From contig NW_027361932.1 in NCBI RefSeq assembly GCF_039654945.1, positions 17,174,001 to 17,238,000 on the forward strand: 64,000 bases of DNA, written 5' to 3'. The notes beneath the pieces were generated by a model. The model saw only the letters and a list, made by a program, of their open reading frames with translations. It searched no databases and was not told the origin of the DNA. This DNA is from Dendrobates tinctorius (taxonomy: Eukaryota). Position numbers and translations under genes: made by a program. The first letter of the stretch is position 1. Every line of letters starts with the position of its first letter. This document shows, in pieces, positions 24,093 to 37,817 of the stretch.

Positions 24093-24916
24093 GTATGCAG
24101 CAATTAAGGGTCTGTGCATACGTTGCAGAATTGTCACTTTTCTTCTGCTCACCTTTGTCACAAACCCTGCAGGCTCTCCTGATGCCAGCAAAGTGACTGA
24201 GAATCACACGCTGCAGATTTGGTGCAGATATAAATCTTCAGCTTGTCAATTCTTTCAGCACTTTTGCTGCAGATTTCACCCATACTAATGAGCGGGGAAA
24301 AATCTTCCCAAAAACACATGTCAAACACATTTAATCATTTAACTAACTAGGCAAGAAATGCATGTATTTTACTCTGTGTTTTTCCTGCTAAGAGATGAAA
24401 AAAAAAAAATTTCTGCACCAAATACTAACTTGTAAAAATATTCTGTCATCAGGTTTGTACCCCATCTGAGAGCGGTATTATGCGTGGGCTGAGACCCTTA
24501 TTCCAGCTCTGTCACTTGCTAGTCTGATGGCTGCAGTTTTGGAGAAAAAAAAAATCACTGTTTTATCTGCTGCAGATCTGAGTGCTGAGCTTTGTATAAC
24601 CACTCCCACACTAATGATTGGCAGCTTTCTGCCTATGCACAGTGCACATAGAAATAGAGCTCATTAAGTATGGAGGAATACATGGCAGCAGGTTTAATAG
24701 TCCTGTAGTGATAAACCCCTTCTGATTGGTGATTTTATCAAACCTGTATCAGACATATTAGTAATTAAAATATTGTTGAAATTCTGATCTCTGTATCTAC
24801 ATCATGCTGCTCTCATGAGGTGGCAAAAACCTGTTGACAGATAACTAACTAATGTGTGTGTATTGTGTATAAGGAATATATGCTGTGATGTGGAAAATGA
24901 CTGTTATGTCTTACAG

Positions 24917-25032
24917 CACTACTATATTCCATGCAACCTAAACTCCAAGCCTCTCATCCTCCTCCACTTCTTACTCACCCTACGCTTTTCCCGTGTGCTT
25001 TGCTTCACCAACTCCAGAGAATCTTCACACCG
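24917..25032 (+). CDS. DDX51: DDX51 exon 10
   Basis: HYYIPCNLNSKPL...RVLCFTNSRESSHR. Confidence 0.96.
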
Positions 25033-25202
25033 GTAAGAGACTACCCTTAAACGTATTGACAAATAGTTGTCATAACCAAATCTTTTAGAGCCCTACAATA
25101 AGTTCCAAAATTTTAAAAAAGCAATATTTCACTAAAATACAAAATGGGTTATGTGAATAAAACACAAGGGTAGCTGAATTTTTGGTTAGATGTGCCTGTT
25201 AA

Positions 25203-25694
25203 AGCGAACCTGTCAGCAGGATTTTGCTAAGTAAACTACAGACACTGTCAGGTTGGCGCTGTTATACTGATTAAAATGATACTAGGGTGAAGAAATCTGT
25301 CTTGTGTAATCAGTGTTAGAAGTTATCAGTTAATGAGATGCCCGTGCTCCAGGGCGGGACTGTAGGCAAAGTCTTATCTTCCTGCTCTAAGCCAGAGAAA
25401 CCAAGGAAAGACCTGCCCACAGGCCGCTCCGAAGCACAAACAGTCTGTCTCTATGATGAGGAACATGTTTCTGCTTTGGGGCGGCTTGTGGCAGGTCTCT
25501 TCTTGGTTTCTCTGGCTTAGAGCGGGAAGATAAGACTCTGCCTACAGTCTTGCCCCAGAGTCCGGGCATATCATTAACTGAAGACTTTTAACACTGATTA
25601 CACAAGAACCACAAGTATCATTTTAATCGGTGTAACAGCGGCAACCTGACAATGCCTGTAGGTTACTTGGGAAAATCCTGCTGACAGGTTTTTC
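25203..25694. mobile_element. T2/Kolobok MITE forming a long palindrome
   Basis: TTAA flanks; AGCGAACCTGTCAGCAGG / CCTGCTGACAGGTT TIRs; arms complementary over ~220 bp. Confidence 0.85.
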
Positions 25695-26199
25695 TTAAAA
25701 GGGGCTGTCCCATCTTCTCTCTTTGGCACCTCCCTGCTCCCCAGCCAGCTGACTTCCTGATTTGATGGAGGGGTTGATCCTGATTGACAGTTCAGCTCAG
25801 CAGCATTGTCTTGTTGCTGGGCCAAAACACTGTGCCCCAGATTCTGCTGTATGAGGTAGTATGTTATCTCTGCAGCATCAGAAACACAGTGAAGCTGGCT
25901 GAGATCAGGAACTACCAGTGAGCTGCAGTGATCACGGCTAGCTTCAATGCAGTGAAGTGCTTACTAGCTCAGTAGAAAAGGATTTGTAAGTCTTGCACAT
26001 GTTCCGGTATCGTTGCTAGACTGCTGAGTTGGTTGGTCCCGTAGGTAATGTTGGTTGTGTCCTGCACATTGCACAGACTCTGGGATTATATTATTCTACT
26101 GCTGTGTCCATTTAGACTTGATTTGCATGATGGTTAATCACATTTTTACATAAATATATAACATTATAACTATACTATGAGATGCATTGTATTTTACAG

Positions 26200-26316
26200 C
26201 CTGTTCCTGCTTATAAAACTTTTTGGTGGAATCAATGTAGCCGAATTCTCCTCTCGTCTTAAAGCTGGGGAGAGGAAGAAAACCCTGAAGGAATTTGAGC
26301 AAGGAAAGCTACATTT
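26200..26316 (+). CDS. DDX51: DDX51 exon 11
   Basis: LFLLIKLFGGINVAEFSSRLKAGERKKTLKEFEQGKLHL. Confidence 0.96.
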
Positions 26317-26624
26317 GTGAGTTGGAATAATATCCTGGTGAAGGATGCACTCTGTATAATGGCATGAGAGCTTAGGAATTAGTTTTTTATTGTTGTACTG
26401 AGAAAACGATAAGATCTTGGTGAAAATTTAAGATGTGTAAAGCAGCTGATTACTTCTAAGTAGGAAAAAGGAAGCTTTTCTAATTGAGAGAAGTCACATG
26501 GCAGATACTCCCATTGAGAATGAAGGTGATGGAGATGAGTGTGCTCGACTTCCCCTACATTCACATCCCTTCAGAGCATTCTCTGTTTCACTGTAGGTCC
26601 CAGTGATCAGGAAATTATCCCTTA

Positions 26625-29600
26625 TTTCTCCTTCGTCTCATTGGGGGGACACAGGTACTGTAGGTGTAAGCTACCGCCATCTGGAGGCTGACACTAGGCA
26701 AACAACACAAGGTTAGCTCCTCCCCCACCGTATACACCCTCGCCCTGAATGCGGGCGGAAACCAGCTTTTTGCTTAGTGTCTATGGAGGCACACGTCTGG
26801 TCTTTTTCTCCAGACTTTTTTTCCATGAAGATTAGACGGGCAACGGATCCTATTGAAAGGGTCCAATTTCCCCAAACCATCAACGGGCGAGCACATGTCG
26901 AGTATCGTCTCCACGTATCCTTTCCCGCACCGTGGGACAAATCTGGGAAGTTTCCCCAGAATTTTTTATTTTAGTTTGTTTTTTTCTTTCCTTTATTTTT
27001 TCTAAGAAGATTAGACAGGGGCAACGGATCCTATTGAAAGGGTCCGATTTCCCCAAACCATCAACGGGCGAGCATGTGCGAGTATCCCTCCACGTATCCT
27101 CTCCCGTGATGTGGGACATGATGCCGGACCTAGCCCTGACCACCCCTAGGTATGGAAACCATATGTCTGTACAGAGGCACAAGATGGTCCGAGCGGCCCC
27201 AACTGCTCCACCAACGCTAGACGGAGGTGCTGCAAGGCGGCGGACGGTCCTTCTCCTCGGCCTCGGAAGCTGGATGGATTGACGGTGCCTGCACCGTCCG
27301 GGATCCCACCACCACCCCCGCCTCCCCGATGGTTTGCATACCTGTTGGCGATGAAGGTACAGGGCGTGGGTGGGCTTGGGTCCGGCTAGGCCGTGCGTGG
27401 GGCTCCTGGGCAGCAGGGGAGATGTGGCGCTGCAGGCAAGAATAGGCTCTCCTTCCCCGTTCCTCTCCTCCTGTGACGCTGGGTAGGATTAGCACAGGAG
27501 CATCGCCACCACCTCTACCGCCGCAGAGCCGCAGTTGCGGCGCCGCCGCCCCGCGGGCGGGTGTTAAAAATCTAGCCCGCGGCTTCGGCCGGGGCGAAAG
27601 TTTCACCCCCAGCTACGCAGCGTCACTTCCAGGGCCCGCCCTCTGGAACCTGGGCGGGCGCCGGATAAATTGAGGCCCCGGCTTCAGACCGGGGTAGGCC
27701 GCGACCGGTGAAGTGGTGGGCCTGCCCCACGGAGAAGCACAGAGAGGCAGGAGCGGTGAGTGCAACCAAGTCTGCGGGAGCTCGCTAGGATGCAAGGGGT
27801 GCCCCCCCTCTATATAAAAAAAAAAAAAAAAAAAAAAAGCAAAGCGCCTGTATGGCCGGGAAAGGAAAGATGCACTCTTTCCTCTACACTGCGTGATTCT
27901 CCTGTAAGGCTGCGTTTCCGCGTGCGCAGAGCAACAAATTGTGCGAGGCCTGCGATTCCGAACGTGCCCAGGAGCCCCCCCCCCCCCCCCCCCCGGCAGC
28001 TGAGTCCAGGGAACAAAATTCTCCGGACTGGGCCCTATCATTATCCCAATCTATGGCATGGCATCGCTTACAAGGGCGATTTAGTCTCTTCGCGCCCTGA
28101 ATGGAGGCAAGAATAGTGCCTCGCTTATCTGGGAGGGGTCCTCCACCTCACAAGAGCCTTCGGCCTGCAGGGGCCGCTCTCATGCCAGGCAGGTGCGAAG
28201 GAAGCGGACCCACACGAGGTCTCCCGGTCCTTCGGAATCTGGCAGTCCAGCATCTCGCTCTCCCTCACCAATGGTCGGGAGTAGGCAGAGTTCGGATGGT
28301 GACTCAGACGGTCCACTGGACCTTGATACCCCAGGGAGTCGAGAGACAGTGGACAGCCTCATTGAAGCTGTCAATCAGACCCTGGGGGAAGAAGATGAAG
28401 TTACTTTGGCTTCGAGCCATAAAGTAGCCCTTAAATGGGCCAGGCGACCCCACAGAGTGTTTGGTACTCACCCGGAATTTGAGGATATAGTGCAGCGGCA
28501 CAGAGAACGCCCAGATAGGTGTTTTTCGGGCCAAAAGACCATAGAGGCAAGATATCCATTTGCCCCGGAACTCCGTAAAGGATGGACGGAATCACCAGTG
28601 GTGGATCTGCCAGTGTCACGCCTGACCTCGAAGTCTCTGTTGTCAGTACCGAGTGGCTCATCCATTAAGGACCCCACTGATAGCCTGGCTCGATTAGTTT
28701 TTGAGGCATCAGGGTCAGCCCTTGCTCCCTCGTTTGCGGCAACGTGGGTAGCAAAGGCCATGATGTCATGGTCAGAATCATTGAATAGGGCCTTGCAGGA
28801 TAGAGACCTGCCTGTGGAGGTGTCAGAGGTCGCAAGTCAGATTGTGATGGCTGGAGACTACTTGATCAATGCTTCCTTAGATGCGGCCAGTTGTGCGGCA
28901 TCTGCAGCCGCTAACGCGTTGGCCATTAGGCGAGCCCTTTGGTTAAGAACTTGGCGAGCTGATTCTGTCTCCAAGAAGTCTTTGACTTCCTTGCCCTATC
29001 AGGGAGGCCGCCTATTCGGGGACAAGTTGGATCAGCTCTTCTCTGACGTGACAGGGGGGAAAAAGCAGCTTCCTCCCGCAGCAGAAGGTTAAGCAGCCTT
29101 TTCTCCAGGTCCCCGCACGGATACGGGCCTTTCGCAAAACCAGGTGGACGACGGCCAACAGTTGGGCCGGCCCAAATCGCTCCAACCAGGATAGGGAGCG
29201 ACAGGTCTCATATAGACCCATTCCATTGGGGAGGATGTGCGTGCGCCAGCCCAGGTCGAGAGGAACCAGGCCGCAGAAGTCCTCAGCCAAATGACTCACA
29301 GCACGTTGTAGGCAACATCAGCAGGGTAGGCGGCCACCTGCTTTTCTTTCGCCATGTCTGGGTCGACGTAGCACATGGGTGGCGGAACTGGTGTCTTTGG
29401 GGTACAAGATAGAGTTTATCAGGTACCCCCCCCAAGACGGTTTTTTCTGTCCCGACTTCCCAGCGTGAAGTCCCAGGCGAAGGCGTTGCTGGGGGCCATC
29501 GATTCACTCCTGTACAATGGGGTCATAGTTCCTGTACCAGAGCACGAGAGAGCTCAGGGTTTATATTCCAATCTGTTCGCAGTTCCCAAAAAGGACGGGA

Positions 29601-32600
29601 CAGTCGGGCCTGTTTTGGACCTGAAGCTCCTGAACAAATTCATCAGGGTCAAACATTTCAGGATGGAATCTCTCCGTTCAGTTATTTCGGCCATGGTGCA
29701 GGGAGAGTACTTAGCCTCTGTCGACATCCAAGACGCCTACCTGCACGTCCCCATTTTTCCACTGCATCAAAGGTTCCTTCGATTCGTCATCAATGGCCGT
29801 CACTTCCAGTTTGCAGCGCTGCCCTTCGGGCTAGCCACCGCCCCCAGAGTGTTCACAAAGGTAATGGCAGTCGTCATGGCCATCTTACACTCTCGGGGCA
29901 TAGTCGTGTTGCCCAATTTAGACAACCTCTTGGTGAAGGGCCCCTCAATTTTGGGCATGCCAGGAGAATGTCGGCATTACGCTGGATACGCTCTCCTGCT
30001 TAGGGTGGTTGGTCAACAGGAAAAAGTCATCCCTTGTGCCAGCCCAGAGGATCTCCTTTCTAGGAATGATCTTCGATACCTCCCGAGGGTCGGTGATTCT
30101 CCCGCAAGACAATGCCCTAGCGCTCCAGTAAGGAGTCCAGAAGCTCCGGCAGCCTGTCCCTCACACCATTCGTTTTGGAATGAGGATACTGGGGAAGATG
30201 GTGGCAGCAATGGAAGCAATTCCATTTGCCCAGTTTCATCTTCGCCCACTGCAGCACGCCCTCTTGGCAGCATGGGACAGGAACCCATTTACGCTCGGGC
30301 AGCAGTGCCGGCTGTCCCTTCAAGTCAGGCAGTCACTGGAGTGGTGGACGATCAGATCCTCCCTTCTTCAAGGGTAACCTGGCTAGTGGTCACGACCGAT
30401 GCCAGCCTCCTGGGCTGGGGAGCAGTTTTTCGCCATCACACGGCTCAGGGCCAATGGTCCCAACTAGAGGCACGCCTCCCGATCAACCTGTTGGAAATAC
30501 GAGCGATCCGGCGGGCGCTGCAGCATTTTCAGAACCTTCCAGCAGGACGGCCCATTCGGATTCAGTCAGACAACGCCATGGCAGTGGCTTATGTAAATCA
30601 TCAAGGCGGCATGCGCGAGATAGGATTCGTCCTTCAGTGGGCCGAGAAGAACCAGTCGGTATTGTCGGCAGTCCACATCCCAGGAGTAGAAAATTGGGCA
30701 GCAGACTTCCTCAGCCGGCAGGAGGTCGTGGCTGGAGAATGGGCCCTGCACCCCGAGGTCTTCCAGCAGATTTGCCAACGATGGGGAACTCCTGACGTGG
30801 ATCTGATGGCGTCCAGAATGAACGCCAAGGTACCCGTGTACGTCGCTCGGTCACGGGACCCTGAACGTTCGAGGTGGATGTGTTTGTTCTACCATGGAAC
30901 CAGTTTCGCCTTCCATACTTGTTTCCCCCGTTGCCATTACTTCCAAGGGTCATCAGGAAGATCAAAACAGAAGGGGTTCCAGCGATTCTGCTAGCACCAG
31001 ATCTGGTGCAGCTGCTCACCGACGTCCCATGGCGACTGCCAGAGCGTCCAGATCTACTGTCCCAGGGCCCGATCTTCCACCCGAACTCAGGGGCCCTGTG
31101 TTTGACGGCATGGCCATTGAATCTTGGATTCTGACCCAGGCTGGGTTCGAGCGTGGAGTGGTCGCTACAATGGTTAGCACCAGGAAGTCTACCTCAGCAA
31201 GAATCTACCATCACAACTGGAAAATTTTCTTCGCTTGGTGCCGAGAGAGGGGGTTTTCGCCCCTAACATTCTCTATTCCCAACATCTTGGCCTTTCTCCA
31301 ATCAGGCCTAGACGCGGGACTGGCCCCGTGCTCCCTTAGGAGACAGATTTCGGCGTTGTCCGTTCTTTTCCAGCGGAAGATTGCTACTAATATGCAGGTG
31401 AAGACTTTCATCCAGGGAGTCTCTCATTTAGTACTTCCCTATAAGGCGCCAGTGGACACCTGGGACCTTAACCTGGTCCCGAGTGTCCTGCAAGAAGCTC
31501 CTTTTGAGCCGCTACAGGATATATATTTATCATTCCTCTCTTGGAAGGTGGTGTTTTTGGTGGCCATTACCTCCCTAAGGCGAGTGTCGGAGTTGGCGGC
31601 TCTGTCTTACCGAGCACCTTTTTTCGCTTTCCACAAGGATAAGGTGGTCCTAAGACCGGCTCCCCCCCTTCTTCCGAAGGTGGTGTCCTCTTTCGACATC
31701 AATGAGGATATTGTCCTCGTTCTGTCCGGCACCGATGCATCGCGTGGAGAAAGCTCTTCACACCTTAGACCCGGTGAGAGCACTCAGGAGGTACGTGTTG
31801 CGGACGGCACCTTTTTGCCAGATGGATACGCTGTTCGTGCTCCCTGAGGGGCGCAGGAGGGGACTCGCGGCCTCAAAAGCGACCATAGCCAGATGGATCC
31901 GTTTAACTATTTAGGAGGCCTATCGCATCAGAGGTGCGCCAATTCCATCAGGGATCAAAGCGCACTCTACTCGGGCAATGGGCGCCTCTTGGGCGCTTTG
32001 GCACCAGGCTTCGGCGGAACAGGTATGCAAGGCAGCGACCTGGTCCAGCCTGCACACGTTTACTAAGCATTATAGTATCCATGCTCAGGCTTCGGCAGAT
32101 GCGAGTCTGGGTAGAAGGATTCTCCAAGCAGCGGTGGCGCACCTTTAAACAGGAGGTGCATGTAGCTTGGATCGGTGAGTCAATCTCCCACCCAGGAACT
32201 GCTTTGGGACGTCCCACAGTACCTGTGTCCCCCAATGAGGCGAAGGCGAAACATGGATTTTTGTGAGTACTCACCGTAAAAACCTTTTCTCCAAGCCGCT
32301 CGTTGGGGTACACAGCACCCACTCTGTTAGCCAAGTTGGCTCTCGTTTATTTAATTGATGTATGTTCTTTTGTGAATGTCAGGGTGGTCCTTTGCCGACA
32401 TATTGTTTTTCTGCATTAAGGCTGATTGTTATTGTTCTCCTACTGCTTTTGCACTAAACTGGTTTCCGCCCGCATTCAGGGCGAGGTTGTATACGGCGGG
32501 GGAGGAGCTAACCTTGTGGTGTTTGCCTAGTGTCAGCCTCCAGATAGCGGTAGCATACACCCACAGTACCTGTGTCCCCCAATGAGCGTCTCGGAGAAAA

Positions 32601-32636
32601 GGATTTTACGGTGAGTACTCACAAAAATCCATGTTT
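26625..32636 (+). mobile_element. DIRS retrotransposon A (decayed) in DDX51 intron 11
   Basis: Inverted terminal repeats; ICR at ~32215-32315 reproduces the joined ends (..CCATG-TTT-CGCCTTCG..); gag 27870-29294, RT/RH/MT 29326-31134, tyrosine recombinase ~31110-32147; TTT termini. Confidence 0.95.
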
Positions 32637-32817
32637 CATAGATCCGGAATATCTTTATATCTTGATACAAACCATTTAATTCTAAAGAAAGATATCTATG
32701 CAATGCAGTGCCGTGTGGTGTGTTAGGCTGGCGTTTTTTTTTATTTGTGTTTTAGGCCAGTCTAAACTGACATGGTAGGATAAGATGCCCAAAATTTATC
32801 AAGGGAGTGCACCTTAA

Positions 32818-33205
32818 AGGAGTTGTCTGATCAAAACCGGTAAGTTTGAAGTCACTCTGTGTAACTGCTGACTTATGAACCCCCTGTGCGCAGTTTCAGA
32901 CCCGGGAACGGAGGGTATGTATAAGTTATGCATGCTCCCGGACAGTGGGCGCAGCCTCACTCTCCAATACACTTGCACGGAGCGAGGCTGTGCCCTCTAA
33001 TCGGACACGCCTACTGCCCATTCGCGTCGCTGGTTGGAACGTGGCCTCGGCTCAATGCGCAAGTTGCCTCATTGGCCGGGGGGGTATGTATAACTTGTAT
33101 ATCTTTTGTTCCAAGGTCTGTAACCATCAAATCCCCAAAGCGCATGTGTGCACCGCGGGGGATTCATAAGTCTGCAGATTTATCGGTTTTGACAAGACAA
33201 CCCTT
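32818..33205. mobile_element. T2/Kolobok MITE
   Basis: TTAA-AGGAGTTGTC ... GACAACCCT-TTAA; internal palindromes. Confidence 0.75.
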
Positions 33206-33613
33206 TAATACGTAAATACATTTGGCACATATTTGGCTTTCCTTTAGCCAGAATATGAGCATACATAGATTTACAGTATAGTTCATGCAAATTTCTGGCG
33301 TGAACTATAGTAAATCTGCTACACCATGGCAAGATAGATATCCCCATTGTGTTAAATAACACTCAAAGTTTCAACTGGCATAAAACAGCAAAAAGTCAGT
33401 GTCTTCCTTTTTTTTTTTTTTTTTTTTTTTTTTTTCTCCATGAAAGTGAAGCCCTTATAAAACAGCACAGAATGTCTGTATTTCCATAGTACCAATCCAT
33501 AATGACTCTTCTGCTCACGGTGCAGACATACATCAGGCTATTCTGTACCTCAATCATAAAAATGTTACTAAATAGCTGTTGTATATCCAGATGGAGTTTT
33601 ATTCGTTATTTAA

Positions 33614-34005
33614 AGGGAATCTGTCAGCAGATTTTTGCTTTGTAATCTGAAGACCGCAGGAGATAGAGGCTGAAGCACAAAATTCAGGGATGTGTCACTT
33701 GTCAAACTGTGCTGTTCTTTACCAACTGTGAAGGATTATCACTGAGAGATTTATGTTGCTAGACTAGTCCGGCAAAGCACCCTACTATGATAAGCAGCTC
33801 ACTGTCTATGGATTTTGTACACAGAGAGCCTGGTGTGGGCAGGGTTAGCTTTCTCAGCTGTGCTTCATTCTAAATCTAAAAGCTCTGATTGCGTCAGAAC
33901 GGCTGAACCCAGTAATCTAAGTGATATATCGTTGAATTCAGCTTCTCTTTGCCTACATCAGGCTGCTCTCGTATAAGGTAGAAAAAACCTTTCGACAGAT
34001 TCACT
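33614..34005. mobile_element. T2/Kolobok MITE
   Basis: TTAA-AGGGAATCTGTC ... GACAGATTCACT-TTAA. Confidence 0.75.
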
Positions 34006-34009
34006 TTAA

Positions 34010-36605
34010 CCCCTCTGTGCCATCTGACGTACTATTCCGTCCATGTGACCTGGGACTTAATACCCATGGATGGAATAGTACGTCATCGCGATCGGCCGCG
34101 CATACAGGTCGTATGCAGCCAAGTGTCAGCTAATTCTTACAGCTGACACCCTGCACTAATTGCCAGGAGCGGTCACAGACCGCTCCCAGCACTTTAACCC
34201 CTGAAACACTGCAACCAAACAAGATGGCAGCGTTCAGGAGCCGGCGCAGGGGCTGACAGCCCCTCTGCCTTTGGATCGGAGACCCGGCGGCATGACGCGG
34301 GGTCCCGATCGCTGCCATGGAGACCTGATGTCGTCCGACATCCAGGTCTCCAGAGCTGAGAAACTTCCTGTCATGCTCAGTACTTGTCACAAAGTCTCTC
34401 AGGTCAGTGTGCACAGAGTGCAGCGCTGACAGCTTCTGTAGCATGCAGATGCTGCTTCATCTGCATGCTATAGAAGTGATCAGCCTGGGCAAAATAAGTG
34501 TCCCATAGTGGAACAAAGTATAAAAGATAGAATGTAGTAAAAAAATAATAATTGTAAAAATATTTAAAAGAAAAAAAATCAATATTCTATCACTAAATAA
34601 ATATTTGAATGAAAAAAAAAAAAAATCTGAACAATAAAAGTACACATATTTGGTATCGCCATGTCTGTAATGACCGGACCTATAAAACTGTCCTACCCGC
34701 TAGTTAACCCCTTTAGTGAACACCATAAAAAAAGGCCAAAAAAAAAATGCTTTATCATACCGCCGAACAAAAAGTGCAATAACATGCGATCAAAAAGACT
34801 TATATAAATAAGCATGATACTGCTGAAAACGTCATGTCCCACAAAAAACGAGCCGCGATACGTCCTAAGCGAAAAAATGAAAAAAAGTTATAGTGATGCA
34901 AAAACAATTTATTTTTTTCTATAAAAGTTTTTATTATATAAAAGCGTCAAAATGTAAAATATATAAATGAGATATCGCTGTAATCGTACTGATCCAAAGA
35001 TTATAGCTGAATTATCAATTTGACCACACGCAGAACCATGTGATAGGGTCTATCACGGTGATCAAATTAAAAATAGTAAATCAAACCTACCTTTATCACC
35101 CCCTTAGGGAAAAATAATAAAATAAAAAAAAATTATTTTCCTCCTTCACCTCCTTGGGTGACACAGACCATGGGTGTTATTCCGCTGCCACCAGGAGGCT
35201 AACACTAAGTAATACAAAGAAAGTTAGCTCCTCCTCTGCAGTATACACCCTCTTGCTGGCTCCCAGGGAACCAGTTCTTGCTTAGGCTACGTTCACACGT
35301 AGCGGAACTTTCGCGGAAATTACCGCGAGAATTCCGACCATTCCGTGGGAAAATCGCATTTTAAATTCCCGTGATTTTCCCGCGGAAAAACTAGCATTTT
35401 GCAAGCGTAATTAGCTTGCAGAATGCTAGCATTTTCCAAGCGATCTGTAGTATCGCGTGGAGAACTGATTGACAGGTTGGTCACACTCGTCAAACATAGT
35501 GTTTGACGAGTGTGACCAACTTTTTACTATTGAGGGTGCCTATGCCTAGTTCCATTATCCTACTAGGGGTAGGGATGGGGCTAAAGTTAAAGTTGAGGCT
35601 AAAGTTAGGGTTGGGTCTAAAGTTAGGGTTGGTACTAATATTAGGGCTAAAGTTGGGGCAAAAGATAGGTTAGGGTTGGAGCTAAAGTTAGGGTTTGGGT
35701 TACGGTTTGGAATAGGGTTGTGTTAGGGTTTTTGTTGGGGTTAGGGTTTGGAATAGGATTAGAGTTCGGGGTGTGTCGGGGTTAGGGTTGGAGTTAGAAT
35801 TGGGGGGGTTTCCACTGTTTAGGCACATCAGGGGCTCTCCAAACGCGACTTGCGTCCAATCTCAATTCCAGCCAATTTCGGTTTGAAAAAGTCAAGCGGC
35901 GCTCCTTCCCTTCCGAGCTCTGTCGTGCGCCCAAGCAGTGGTTTACCCCCACATATGGGTTATCGGCGTACTCAGGACAAATTGCACAACTTTTCGGGTC
36001 CAATTTCTCCTGTTACCCTTGGTAAAATAAAAAAAAATTGGATCTGAAGTAAATTTTTTGTGAAAAAAGTTACGGTAAATGTTATTTTTTTAAGCATTGC
36101 AAAAATTCCTGTGAAGCACCTGAAAGGTTAATAAACTTCTTGAATGTGGTTTTGAGCACTATCAGGGGTGCAGTTTTTACAGTCGTGTCACTTTTGCGGG
36201 TTTTCTATCGTATAGACCCCTCAATGTGACTTCAAATGTGATGTGGTCCCTAAAAAAAAAAAAAAAAATTTGGTTACAAAATTGTGCTGATGTAAAAGTA
36301 AACGTGGGAAATGTTAAGTATTTTGTGTGACATATCTCTGTGATTTGTGGGCATGAAAATTCAAAGTTGGAAAATAGCAAAATTTTCAACATTTTCGCCA
36401 AATTTCCGTTGTTTTCACAAATAAACAGAAGTCATAGCAAAGAAATTTTACTACTATCATGAAGTACAATATGTCATGCGAAAACATTGTCAGAATCGCC
36501 GGGATCCATGGAAGCGTTCCAGAGTTATTACCTCATAAAGGGACAGTGGTCAGAATTGTAAAAATTGGCCCGGTCATTAACATGCAAACCACCCATGCAA
36601 AGGGG
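34010..36605 (+). mobile_element. Non-autonomous piggyBac-type element (TTAA-CCCCT...AGGGG-TTAA)
   Basis: TTAA flanks and CCCCT termini; homologous to 39318-46206; contains a truncated DIRS left end (~35138-35285), a Harbinger-like piece and TTAGGG-like repeats at 35560-35795. Confidence 0.75.
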
Positions 36606-37817
36606 TTAAAAGCAATCAAAACATTGTATGTGTACCAAATCGCTATAGATAAAAACATCAGCTCACTGCACACAAAAAAACAAGCCCTCACTCAGCACCA
36701 TCAACAGAAAAATAAAATATTACAGGTTTCAGAATACGGCAATCAGACTGACCTGGTCAATCATTTTTCCAAGTCATTTGTACTTCACAATGAACGTAGT
36801 AAAACCAAAACACCAAAAACAATGGTGAAATTGTTCACCGTTTTATTCCACTTAGAATTGTTTTTCCTGTTTTGTGGTATATTGTACGACAAAATGAATG
36901 ATGTCATGTGACAAAGTAAAGTTATGGCTCTTGAAAGAAGGTGAAAAAAGCGGAAAAATGAAAAATTTCCTGGCTCTTAAAAGGGTTTAAAATGCCCCTT
37001 CTCGGGACCCATCTCTAGGAGCCAGAAAAGAGAAATTCTCAAGCCATGTTTGTATTAAGTCTGAGCCTTTTATCTGAATTGAGGCATTGTAATCCCACCA
37101 ACCTGTCTGACTAGTCTCCCCAGCAGCTTGGTCCCCAGCAGCTAGTAAATTGTTACATGGCTGAAATCATACAGCCAGTGACCAATACCTGCTGCATTTG
37201 GATCGGGCAGCATGCATCAGCTGTAAGATTCACTTTAAAGGCTTAGTCTAAGAAAAATTGGAATTTTGCATGGAGTATGTGTCTACCTATACCAAACGCC
37301 AAACTTTGCACACACTGAACCCCTTGTTGTTCTTCCCTTTGGCCCTGTTCAATTGATGATGCACATGTTTGTATATTAGAGAGGGCTATACCGTGTATCA
37401 TTTAAAGCAGGTATCTTAAGAGAATGACCCATTTCAATATTCCCATTAGGGAGTGTGGACATACTTAAAAAAAGGGGGGTCCTCTGCGTGCCAAGTTGGA
37501 AATGGCTTTTCTATGTACCGCGTGCCCAAGTTGGAAATGGCTTTTCCATGTACTACAAGGTCAGCCATTTATTTGGATATGTAAGCATGTGTAATCAAAC
37601 CCAGCTTCCTCCAGCAGAAACAGCCAGGGCTTAGGGAAGCCAGAGCTAGGGCGATTAGTCTATTCCTGGCCAAGTGTCTATTTAAGCTCGGGTTTTGGCC
37701 TTCTCCATATATTAGTTGTATATTTAGTGTGAAAAGTTGAATTGAATGCAATTTGACACAAAATATGTCACCTGTACTGAGGTGATCCTGAGGGCATCTG
37801 AATTTAGCATAAGAGGA

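Noticed and set aside
37486-37553. ~34-bp tandem duplication
   Set aside because: Two copies only; ordinary slippage
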